A DNA stretch of 39,051 nt from Cyanobacteria bacterium P01_D01_bin.156 (GTDB taxonomy: Bacteria > Cyanobacteriota > Cyanobacteriia > Phormidesmidales > Phormidesmidaceae), in contig JBCCQQ010000060.1 in the NCBI GenBank assembly GCA_039024555.1, forward strand, positions 1 through 39,051, given 5' to 3'. How positions within the stretch are numbered: the first letter of the stretch is position 1; each line of letters opens with the position of its first letter. The notes beneath the pieces are model-generated. The model did not search any database. It was not told the origin of the DNA and saw only the letters and a program-made list of their open reading frames with translations. Shown here in pieces: positions 8,772 to 16,980 of this stretch. A program made the translations under genes and the position numbers.

Positions 8772-9953
8772 TTATCCCTTCACACAGATTACCTGCTTCA
8801 GTGTGGCCACAACTTCTACCAAATCTTGCTGGTTGTCCATGACCTGATCAATGGGCTTATAGGCAGCTGGAATTTCGTCGATAATGCCCCTGTCCTTACG
8901 ACATTCCACCCCCTCGGTTTGAGCAATTAAATCATCCAGGGTGTAGGTATCCTTTGCTTTACTACGGGACATCACTCGACCGGCACCGTGGCTACAGGAA
9001 CAGAAGCTGTCATGGTTGCCCTTACCCTTGACGATGTAAGACTTTGTTCCCATGGACCCTGGAATAATCCCATAGTCAGAGGTGCGGGCTCTTACGGCAC
9101 CCTTGCGGGTAACATACACATCGCGGCCAAAATGTTCTTCCCTTTCGGCATAGTTGTGGTGGCAGTTGACTGCCAATATAGGCTTAAAGGGTTTGCCACC
9201 ACCAAGATACTTTTCGATAATGTGCTTAAACCTGGCCATCATTTCTTCTCGGTTTTGCAAAGCGTATCTCTGAGCCCATTGCAGATCGTTCCAATAGCTG
9301 CGGAATTCATCGGTTCCTGAGACAAAGTAGGAGAGATCGGGATCCGGTAGCTTTTCATTAGCCAGCTTACGCAGATTTTTAGCGGTGCTAATGTGATTTT
9401 TGGCTAACATATTGCCAATATTCCGAGAGCCGGAATGGAGCATTAGCCACACGTTATCCTCGGTATCGATACAGACTTCGATAAAGTGATTGCCACCGCC
9501 AAGGGAACCCATTTGGCTTAAGGCTTTCTTTTCTAAGTGTTGAACGCCTTTATGGAGGTCCTTAAAGCTGCGCCAGCCTTGCCAGTTGTAAACGGATTTG
9601 TTGATCTTTTTATTGCTGTCAAAACCAGTGGGAATAGTGGCTTCGATTTCTTTACGGATCTTTTTGAGTTTACCGTCGAGCTTTTTACTTTTATAGGGTG
9701 TTTGTAGGGCGCACATGCCACAGCCGATATCGACACCCACCGCTGCTGGCACTAGGGCATCTTCGGTGGCAACAACGGAGCCAACTAGGGCACCTTTGCC
9801 TAGGTGTACGTCGGGCATGAGGGCGACATGTTTGTAGACAAAGGGTAAGGAGGCGACATTTTTTGCCATTTGGATCTCTTTGGAGCCGAGATTGTGGTTA
9901 GCCCAGGAGAGAACGGGTTTGTTGGTTTTGAAGGAGACGAATTGGTATGGCAT
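8772..9953 (-). CDS. rtcB: RtcB RNA 3'-phosphate/5'-OH ligase
   Basis: Motifs MPDVHLGKG, AAVGVDIGCG, SLGGGNHFIE, LHSGSR, CHHNY, TRKGA, IPGSMG, SCSHGAGR, DEIPAAYK. The track start at 9983 lies inside a REP, so ATG 9953 is preferred. Confidence 0.96.
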   Translation of the reverse strand: MPYQFVSFKTNKPVLSWANHNLGSKEIQMAKNVASLPFVYKHVALMPDVHLGKGALVGSVVATEDALVPAAVGVDIGCGMCALQTPYKSKKLDGKLKKIRKEIEATIPTGFDSNKKINKSVYNWQGWRSFKDLHKGVQHLEKKALSQMGSLGGGNHFIEVCIDTEDNVWLMLHSGSRNIGNMLAKNHISTAKNLRKLANEKLPDPDLSYFVSGTDEFRSYWNDLQWAQRYALQNREEMMARFKHIIEKYLGGGKPFKPILAVNCHHNYAEREEHFGRDVYVTRKGAVRARTSDYGIIPGSMGTKSYIVKGKGNHDSFCSCSHGAGRVMSRSKAKDTYTLDDLIAQTEGVECRKDRGIIDEIPAAYKPIDQVMDNQQDLVEVVATLKQVICVKG

Positions 9954-9973
9954 GTGGCTGATGGGTTTTAGTA

Positions 9974-10000
9974 GTAGGGGCATCCCCTTGTGGGTGCCCT
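9974..10000 (+). repeat. REP-like palindrome (family 2)
   Basis: GTAGGGGCATCCCCTTGTGGGTGCCCT: GTAG plus a GGGCA...TGCCC stem; related copies at 14083, 15402, 16176, 27962 and 28039. Confidence 0.8.
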
Positions 10001-10323
10001 GGGATAGGCTATGGGGATTTGGTGATTTCAGAGTAATGGCGAGATGGGCTGCTCAGGACTTTCCCTCCTGAATCCTCCCTGAACTGGGGAACTCAACTTC
10101 CCCAGTCCCCTTGCATAAGAGATTTATTGGAGGATGGCTGACTGAAGTGGTCAAACTGTTAGTCGATATGGTTATGGTATTACGCTGCTCCGCATCCGCT
10201 GCGCACCGTAAAAGGTAGGTTATTGAAATCTCATGTGAATCTCTCGTTGAAAATAGAGACTTACAGACATGTATAACCTTATGCTCGCCAGACAGTATTG
10301 ATGGTTGTTATGGAAAACCATGT

Positions 10324-10821
10324 TCAATTCTCATCAGACCAATTAATAATCTCATTGAGGGTCATGGGGGCTAATGGTTGAAATTGGGTATTGGGATATT
10401 TTCGTTGGAGACGTCGTAGGGCTTTGGCTTGTTGGGCTGCGAAGGTTTCTTGTTGCTGAAAACGATAACGGATGGAACCACTGACAATATCGTCTAAACT
10501 ATCTTGAAAAGCTTGAATTTCGTCATGCCAGTGTTCAGTCGCTTGGTCGTTAGGAAATGCCTGTAGTTTAAGGATATGGATAATAATCTGACGAACTAGG
10601 GAAGCGGTTTTGTTAAATTGTTCGCGCCCCATGTCGCTGATTTCCTCAATTAAGTTGGCTAAATCCAGATTATTAAAATCTTTTGCTCGCAATGCTTCAG
10701 CTTGATACTCACACCAGGCCATAAAATCTTTGTCATACAAAAGTTCTGGTGGATGTGAAGTGATATCCACTGCGGTAGAGGAAGATTCCGTTACAGGTTT
10801 TGGATTCGTTGAACTTGTCAT
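10324..10821 (-). CDS. DUF29 family protein
   Basis: Family motifs LYDKDFMAW and LDLANLIEEISDMG, then II.HILKL..F and HW..EI..F. Confidence 0.88.
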   Translation of the reverse strand: MTSSTNPKPVTESSSTAVDITSHPPELLYDKDFMAWCEYQAEALRAKDFNNLDLANLIEEISDMGREQFNKTASLVRQIIIHILKLQAFPNDQATEHWHDEIQAFQDSLDDIVSGSIRYRFQQQETFAAQQAKALRRLQRKYPNTQFQPLAPMTLNEIINWSDEN

Positions 10822-10846
10822 GCTTACCTCAGATAGCCCGTCCCCA

Positions 10847-12973
10847 CTACTTGTATACCTCGTTCATCCAGGTTTGGACAAAATCGCGGCGTTCTACATC
10901 GGTCCAGGTAAGCCAGGTGTCCTGGGTTATTTGGCTGGTAACAGCATCGATCAGGGGCCAGAAGGCTTCGTCGAGTTCTTTTTTTAATCGTTCGGGTTTG
11001 GCATACATCAGCTTGGCCTTTTTGGGTGTCATTCGGGCTAAGAATTTGGTGCGCAGATAGTAGGGGCTTTTGAGTTTAAGGGCAAAAGTACCGTCGGTGG
11101 CGAGGCGAATCATAAAGCCTTCGTGCTCGATGTAGTGGGATTTGCTAATGGCATCAGCAAAGGTGCAGGTAAACCATTGGGGTCTGGGCGTTCGGAGATT
11201 GGATGCGATCGCATCCAATTCTTCTTCACCTTTAAACCCATTGCCCAGTACTCCAGCTCCAATCAAATGCAGCCCGTAGTCTTCGGGGCCGTATTGGATA
11301 ATGTGAGGGTCCTCTGGGTGAATTGCTTCCCACAGGAGTGTGGTATCCGGATTATCTTTTAACCAAGCCAAGACTCCACCGTAGAGGCCATTTTTGTACA
11401 GTAGTGATTTGCCATAGTCCACATAGTCTCCATGGAATGATCCAGAACAGGTGACGACTACCTGAGTAGAGTCGTAAGGGTGCAAAAACGTGCTCACCAA
11501 AAAGCCGTTGAGTTTTTCCACGGCGATTACATCTGTTTCAGGCGGCAGTGTGGTATCTCGTTCGAGATAGTTAAAGGTGCGAGGGAAGGGCTGATTTACC
11601 GGATTGCCATGTAAGCCAACTACTACACCACGAGCCAGTTTTAGTTCAGGGTATTCATCCCAAGCAGAGGGGGTAAAGAATGCTTTAGAGGTGTACTTAA
11701 ACAGGGTTAGTTGTCCTTCGGTTGTCTGTTTAACTAACTTCTGTGAGACCAAAGGCTCCATTTGCTTAACAAAGCTAGGTAACTTCTGGCTGTAGTCAAA
11801 GGCGCAGGGAATCTGCAGTTGCTCCTGCTCAGGCAGACGCATGGCGGTGAGGGGGCCGCCAAATCCAGCCCCGGTTTCTAACGAGTAGGTGCGATCTCCC
11901 TCAGAGGTGAGGGGAATATGTCCCCGCACTACGGTTAACTCACTGGTCTGCCGAAAGACACCGTCGGTGTCATAGTCTTCGTGCCTGCGGGTGCGACCAT
12001 ACATGTGGTCTTGGGATGGCTGCAACAGCGGATCAAACCAGTCGATATCGCTATGGCACAACACATAGTTACGATAGCGATAGAACGATGGCAAGGACTG
12101 AATAAAATTCAGCGCGTTAGTCTGATACTCAGAATCCCGCTGGAAGGCTTTGTGTAACGTTGCCCGCGTGGATCGACTTTTAATGTTATCCCCACGTAGC
12201 CCCCGCGCCAGGTTGTTATCATGGTTGCCTCGCACGCAGTAATGGCCTTTGGCAACGGCCTTCATCACCAAGTCCAACACTTCTAGTGAGTGAGGACCGC
12301 GATCCACCAGATCACCCAGAAAACAAAGTTGGCGTCCGTCAGGATGATTTAATGCTTCGTCGTAGCCTAGCTTTTGTAACATACTCTGGAGAGCATCGAT
12401 CAATCCATGGACATCGCCAATCACGTCTAATTTGGTGGTATCTGGAATGGTGGGAATATCCACAGTCAGAGTAACGTTGCTATGGTCCACCAGAGTGAAG
12501 GCCCATTGGGAATCGAGCTGAAGGCGATCGCAAAATTTGGCTACCACGGCTTCTGGCACTACACAGCGACGCTGCTTGTTTTGTTTTTGCACCTGCTCAA
12601 GCGGTGGGTTAAAAATGACCACCTGCACAGGCACTCCCAGTTCGTCTGCAATGGTCGCAAGCGGTTTACGTTCTTTATCGCTAATTAACGTAGCATCCAC
12701 AACAGTTGTTAGTCCAGACTTGAGACGCGCCCGAACTACGGATTCTAGGGTGCTAAAAATTAATCGATCATCAGTGGCCAAGGGCCGATCCGCGAGTTGC
12801 CCATCAACGACCGTTTTCCCCGTGCCAAAAAATGTTTGCCGCAAGACATCGCTAGACAACACCAATTCTGATGGCAGATGCTGACATGCGGTAGACTTTC
12901 CTGCTCCCGGCGCACCCGACAGCAGCACAAGGCTACCGATTTGAATTGAAATTTTGGTTGTGGGGTTACTCAT
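10847..12973 (-). CDS. Polynucleotide kinase - metallophosphoesterase - Rnl1-type RNA ligase fusion (Pnkp-like, 708 aa)
   Basis: Kinase: GAPGAGKST, SSDVLR, VVDAT. Calcineurin-like phosphatase: GDVHG, GDLVDRGP, RGNHD, GH. Ligase: LFKY, ARG, PFPRTFNY, motif I EKLNG, III WEAI, IV EGFMI, V KLKSPYY. Confidence 0.88.
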   Translation of the reverse strand: MSNPTTKISIQIGSLVLLSGAPGAGKSTACQHLPSELVLSSDVLRQTFFGTGKTVVDGQLADRPLATDDRLIFSTLESVVRARLKSGLTTVVDATLISDKERKPLATIADELGVPVQVVIFNPPLEQVQKQNKQRRCVVPEAVVAKFCDRLQLDSQWAFTLVDHSNVTLTVDIPTIPDTTKLDVIGDVHGLIDALQSMLQKLGYDEALNHPDGRQLCFLGDLVDRGPHSLEVLDLVMKAVAKGHYCVRGNHDNNLARGLRGDNIKSRSTRATLHKAFQRDSEYQTNALNFIQSLPSFYRYRNYVLCHSDIDWFDPLLQPSQDHMYGRTRRHEDYDTDGVFRQTSELTVVRGHIPLTSEGDRTYSLETGAGFGGPLTAMRLPEQEQLQIPCAFDYSQKLPSFVKQMEPLVSQKLVKQTTEGQLTLFKYTSKAFFTPSAWDEYPELKLARGVVVGLHGNPVNQPFPRTFNYLERDTTLPPETDVIAVEKLNGFLVSTFLHPYDSTQVVVTCSGSFHGDYVDYGKSLLYKNGLYGGVLAWLKDNPDTTLLWEAIHPEDPHIIQYGPEDYGLHLIGAGVLGNGFKGEEELDAIASNLRTPRPQWFTCTFADAISKSHYIEHEGFMIRLATDGTFALKLKSPYYLRTKFLARMTPKKAKLMYAKPERLKKELDEAFWPLIDAVTSQITQDTWLTWTDVERRDFVQTWMNEVYK

Positions 12974-13074
12974 AGTGAGTTATTCAAGCGACTGCAGCTG
13001 TATTTCGGGTATGTCTGGAGAAAAATATCAAATGAATAAGTTCAGTTCAAACTGTATGTTTCCCAGGATAAAGC

Positions 13075-13093
13075 TGACAAAGTCGTTTTGTCA
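13075..13093. promoter_or_regulatory. Putative operator palindrome upstream of the Pnkp-like gene
   Basis: TGACAAA-gtcgt-TTTGTCA is a perfect 7-bp inverted repeat; on the minus strand a -10-like TATCCT (13070-13065) follows 4 nt later. Confidence 0.45.
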
Positions 13094-13119
13094 CAAATGC
13101 AGCCACTTATCTCGACTAC

Positions 13120-13151
13120 AAAAAAGCCCAGAGGTATTACGCCTCTGGGCT
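13120..13151 (-). terminator. Rho-independent terminator of the Spy-like gene
   Basis: AGCCCAGAGG-7 nt-CCTCTGGGCT 10-bp stem followed by a T run on the minus strand, 25 bp after the stop. Confidence 0.85.
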
Positions 13152-13176
13152 AAGTGTATTCCTGAGTAATTAAGGA

Positions 13177-13893
13177 TTAACGACGACGGTTGCCCCGCTG
13201 CTGGCGCATTTCTTGTAGTTGAGCCTGTTGTTCATCGGTCAATACCTCATCGGCGGCAGCCCGAGAGTTTTCTCGAATCTCTTGAAGCTCAGTGCGCTGT
13301 TCTTCGCTGAGATCTAGACCCCGCACCGCCTGCATCCATTCACGACCCGTTTTACCTGCTACAGCCGCTTGCTGCTCATCAGTTAATACGGATTCCGCCT
13401 GACTGCGGGCATTCTCTTTGATGGCATCCAGCTCAGACTGCTGTGCAGGAGTGAGATCTAGCTTTTCAGCAAAGTCTTCCCGACGATTTTTGCGTCGTGC
13501 TTGACGCTGCTCTTTGAATTCCTGTAGTTGAGCCTGCTGTTCATCGGTGAGTACTTCATTCATGGCAGTACGAGAGTCTTCACGAACCGTCTGTAGCTGG
13601 GTACGCTGCTCTTCATTTAGGTCTAATTGACGCATGGCCCGTTTGCGATCGCGTCCAGTTGCATCTTCTAGGGAAGCCAACTGTTCTTCAGTCAGAATGG
13701 CATCAATCTGGGTGCGGGCATTTTCCTTAATTGCATCCAATTCAGACTGCTGTTCGGGGGTGATATTTAGCTCCTCAGCGACCTCGGCGGGGAATGCGTG
13801 GGCACCACTTACCTTGAGGATTGCAGTCGTCCCTACGAGGGCAGATAGCATAAGGATACCGCTGAGGCACTGTTTCATCGTTGGAAAGTTCAT
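13177..13893 (-). CDS. Periplasmic Spy/CpxP-like (LTXXQ) protein with internal duplication
   Basis: Signal peptide (AHA cleavage); repeated LTEEQ/LTDEQ/LTPAQ motifs; two ~103-aa halves. Confidence 0.85.
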   Translation of the reverse strand: MNFPTMKQCLSGILMLSALVGTTAILKVSGAHAFPAEVAEELNITPEQQSELDAIKENARTQIDAILTEEQLASLEDATGRDRKRAMRQLDLNEEQRTQLQTVREDSRTAMNEVLTDEQQAQLQEFKEQRQARRKNRREDFAEKLDLTPAQQSELDAIKENARSQAESVLTDEQQAAVAGKTGREWMQAVRGLDLSEEQRTELQEIRENSRAAADEVLTDEQQAQLQEMRQQRGNRRR

Positions 13894-13978
13894 AGGACGT
13901 GTGTGTTTAACAATGGCCTCATCCTAGCCATAGAAATTTACGGTGACTGCTAGCAGGAGTCATTTCCCCTCAGTGCCG

Positions 13979-14002
13979 AAGTCATGGATCAAGGCATGAC
14001 TT
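13979..14002. promoter_or_regulatory. Putative response-regulator binding palindrome
   Basis: AAGTCATG-8 nt-CATGACTT perfect inverted repeat in the divergent gap between the Spy-like and kinase genes; more TGAC/GTCA half-sites near 13944-13962. Confidence 0.5.
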
Positions 14003-14082
14003 TAGTTACTGGTCATTTATTAGATAAGGAACTATCTTCCAACCTAAAGTTCGGTTAGGTTAAAGGCAGTAGACCCCCCCTG

Positions 14083-14108
14083 GTAAGAGTATTCCCCTGT
14101 GGGTGCCC
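14083..14108 (+). repeat. Degenerate REP-like copy (family 2)
   Basis: GTAAGAGTATTCCCCTGTGGGTGCCC; its 3' half matches 9974-10000. Confidence 0.6.
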
Positions 14109-14163
14109 AGGCCGCCTACCCTGAGAAACTGTTTCCTTATCTGTCATTAAAGGGCTCAATCAT

Positions 14164-15405
14164 ATGACCCGTGCCATTCAGTTCCAAAATCATCCGTTTC
14201 GTTTTTTGCTCTATCTAGAGTGGGGACTGTTGGCAGTGACCATTACAGGTATTTTGACCACACCCCCCCTGCGAGAACTTGGACGACGTGGGCTGCCCAA
14301 TACCCCTACGTTTACCCAATGGCCTTTGTTGACCGTTGGCTGTTTGCTGCTATTTGGTCTTCTGGGCCTATACTTGCCCACTAAAGGATTTTGGTTGCGA
14401 TTGGGTCATATTGTGGCGCAGGTGGCTTTGATTTTAGTGTCATCCGGTCTAATGCTGTGGGGGACACGGATGTTTCCCTTTGTTTATCTGGTACTGGTGA
14501 TCCGCAGCTGTCTCATGCTAGGGCTTGTGGGACAGGTTACTGTAACAGGTCTAGCCTTTTTGTTGTTTATGACTAGCCTGAGCTTAAAATTCCGTCGTGG
14601 TTTAGGAGGCTTCTTGCCGCGGCCGCTAAAACATTTAATTGGCAGCCTACAAATGAACTTAGTGGTTTTCTTTGGCTTGTCGCTAATATTTACCCTTTTG
14701 CTAGTGAATGCTCTACTAAATGAGAGAACTATTCAAACGCGTTTAAAGCAGACCAATGCAGAACTTAAGCGCTCCGCTGCCCAAGTAAAACAGCTGGCCA
14801 CTGCTGAAGAACGCAGCCGTATTGCCCGTGAAATTCATGATTCCTTGGGGCATTCTCTAACCGCATTAAACATTCAGCTTGAGGGCGCTATCAAACTCTC
14901 CCAGCGAGATCCCAAAAAATCTCAGAAACTCCTGTCAGAAGCTAAACGATTAGGGTCAGTTGCCCTGCAGGATGTACGACAATCTGTCGCAACCCTGCGA
15001 GATACATCTTCCGCCCAGGACTCTTTTCAGAGTCGGTTAAACACTCTAATTGATACCTTAAAGAGCAGTACAGGTATTATGCCGAATATTAATCTACAAA
15101 TACTAAAACCTTTGCCTGAAGCCATGGGTCTAGCCCTCTATCGTCTTGTACAGGAAGGCATCACCAATATCGTCAAACATGCCAATGCAACAGCCGTAGA
15201 GCTAAGTTTAATAGTGGATGACGAGGGTACAAGATTGTTACTGCGAGACAACGGTGATGGCTTTGATATCAGTAAAACGTCCACAGGATTTGGCCTACAG
15301 GGTATGCGAGAACGCGCCCAAGCCATTGGTGGCCAGCTAACTGTAAACAGTCGCCCAGGAGAAGGATGTGAAATCCGTCTAGTTGTACCCTCCACAGATT
15401 CGTAG
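14164..15405 (+). CDS. Membrane sensor histidine kinase (HisKA_3, NarX/DesK type)
   Basis: Several TM helices; H-box EERSRIAREIHDSLGH; N-box QEGITNIVKHA; DNGDGF; GFGLQGMRER. Confidence 0.95.
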   Translation: MTRAIQFQNHPFRFLLYLEWGLLAVTITGILTTPPLRELGRRGLPNTPTFTQWPLLTVGCLLLFGLLGLYLPTKGFWLRLGHIVAQVALILVSSGLMLWGTRMFPFVYLVLVIRSCLMLGLVGQVTVTGLAFLLFMTSLSLKFRRGLGGFLPRPLKHLIGSLQMNLVVFFGLSLIFTLLLVNALLNERTIQTRLKQTNAELKRSAAQVKQLATAEERSRIAREIHDSLGHSLTALNIQLEGAIKLSQRDPKKSQKLLSEAKRLGSVALQDVRQSVATLRDTSSAQDSFQSRLNTLIDTLKSSTGIMPNINLQILKPLPEAMGLALYRLVQEGITNIVKHANATAVELSLIVDDEGTRLLLRDNGDGFDISKTSTGFGLQGMRERAQAIGGQLTVNSRPGEGCEIRLVVPSTDS

Positions 15406-15417
15406 GGGCACTCCCTT
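15402..15417 (+). repeat. Truncated REP-like copy overlapping the kinase stop codon
   Basis: GTAGGGGCACTCCCTT is identical to the first 16 nt of the inverted copy at 16176-16202; its TAG is the kinase stop. Confidence 0.7.
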
Positions 15418-15449
15418 CCCCAAACCACCAGAATTATGCAACAGAAAAA

Positions 15450-16142
15450 ATGACACAGCAAAACAACCTGGCAACTATTCCCATAATGCTGGTAGACGAT
15501 CAGCAAATTATTCGCCAGGGTCTTAAAACCCTGTTGGATCTAGAAGACGACATTACCATCGTCGGTGATGCAGATAATGGCGAAACCTCTCTTACTTTGC
15601 TAAGACAGCTGGAGATACAAAAACAGCTACCACAAGTAATCCTTATGGATATGCGTATGCCCGTAATGGACGGCATCGCGGCCACAAAAGAAATCGCCAC
15701 CCGCTATCCCACTATCCAGGTTTTGGTTCTCACCACCTTTGATGACGATGAACTGATCGCCCAAGCCATGGCCGTTGGCGCCAAAGGCTATCTCCTTAAA
15801 GACACTCCATCAGAAGAACTCGCCCAGGCTATTCGCACCGTTGCCAAGGGCTATAGCCAGTTTGGCCCTGGCATTTTAGAAAAAATACTCTCCAGTAAAC
15901 AGGAACCGGATGTGGACATCCCCGAAGGCTTTAACGAACTTACCCCCCGAGAAAAAGACGTTCTACGACTAATCGGTACTGGCGCTAATAACCGAGAGAT
16001 TGCCGACACCCTGTTTTTATCAGAAGGCACTGTCAAAAACCACGTAACCCGACTTTTAGGACGCCTGGGACTACGCGATCGCACCCAAGCCGCTCTCCTC
16101 GCCGTCAAACTCTCTTCATATCTCACCCCAACCGACCAGTAA
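15450..16142 (+). CDS. NarL/LuxR-family response regulator
   Basis: Receiver (LVDDQ, LMDMRMP, LTTFDD, GYLLKD) plus LuxR HTH (LTPREKDVL...GANNREIA..LFLSEGTVKNHV). Confidence 0.96.
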   Translation: MTQQNNLATIPIMLVDDQQIIRQGLKTLLDLEDDITIVGDADNGETSLTLLRQLEIQKQLPQVILMDMRMPVMDGIAATKEIATRYPTIQVLVLTTFDDDELIAQAMAVGAKGYLLKDTPSEELAQAIRTVAKGYSQFGPGILEKILSSKQEPDVDIPEGFNELTPREKDVLRLIGTGANNREIADTLFLSEGTVKNHVTRLLGRLGLRDRTQAALLAVKLSSYLTPTDQ

Positions 16143-16175
16143 GACGCAACCGGGTTACCTGCATCCGATAACATC

Positions 16176-16202
16176 AGGGCATCTACAAGGGAGTGCCCCT
16201 AC
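16176..16202 (-). repeat. REP-like palindrome (family 2)
   Basis: Minus strand reads GTAGGGGCACTCCCTTGTAGATGCCCT. Confidence 0.8.
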
Positions 16203-16212
16203 AGCACCACCT

Positions 16213-16920
16213 CTACAACATCCACTCCAACCCAATCCCTAACCGACTATCCGTCGCCCCCGGTGCAAACTGCCATTCCACATCCGTCGCCAGCCGTAAC
16301 CTCTCCGTCAACCCATATCCAAATTCCAACTGAGTAATCATCACCGCATCCTCCTCTGTCGGACTGACCCACGTTTGCGTATAAGCAAAATCCGCCCCAC
16401 CACCCCGTGATGGAATCACCTTCACCTGAACCCCCACCTGCATACCGCTTTCTTCATAGTCCACCGCTTCCACATGGCGATAACCCACGATGGGAGCCAC
16501 ATTCACATAGCCTCCCACAGGCAGCAGGTAGTATCGCAGATGGGCTCCGTAGGCTTCTCGGTCCTGGTCATTGCCATCAAAGTTCGCCACATAATCCGCA
16601 TTGACCGTCATCGGTAAATCGCCGACAAAAACGTCCTCTAGGCCAATGGCCAGACCCCGTTCATCCTGACTGGACGGAAACAATGCATAGCCCACCTGCA
16701 ACCGTGCAGGAAAACTTGGCCTGTGGCGAATCTCCTGCAATACATCCGGTGTTTGCTGAAGCCATTCTTGCAATACAGGGCTGTTTTCCACGGTGCCTGG
16801 CGGCAGTTCCAGTTCGGTTTCTGGGGCTGCGATCGCACCTTCCCCAAACACCCATACACTGGCAACAGTGACAAACCCAATAAAGTTTTTGCTTAAAAAT
16901 ATTCTCAAGGCCCTAGTCAT
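16213..16920 (-). CDS. Hypothetical exported protein, probable small outer-membrane beta-barrel
   Basis: Signal peptide (AIA), alternating amphipathic beta-strands, C-terminal RLGIGLEWML strand. Confidence 0.6.
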   Translation of the reverse strand: MTRALRIFLSKNFIGFVTVASVWVFGEGAIAAPETELELPPGTVENSPVLQEWLQQTPDVLQEIRHRPSFPARLQVGYALFPSSQDERGLAIGLEDVFVGDLPMTVNADYVANFDGNDQDREAYGAHLRYYLLPVGGYVNVAPIVGYRHVEAVDYEESGMQVGVQVKVIPSRGGGADFAYTQTWVSPTEEDAVMITQLEFGYGLTERLRLATDVEWQFAPGATDSRLGIGLEWML

Positions 16921-16980
16921 GGTTGGTCCAGCTCATCATTTCTTACTTCCATCTACTGCGCTTAGCCATGTAATCACCAC

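Noticed and set aside
9954..9983. N-terminal extension of RtcB given by the ORF track
   Set aside because: Its ATG lies within a REP element; ATG 9953 is more plausible.
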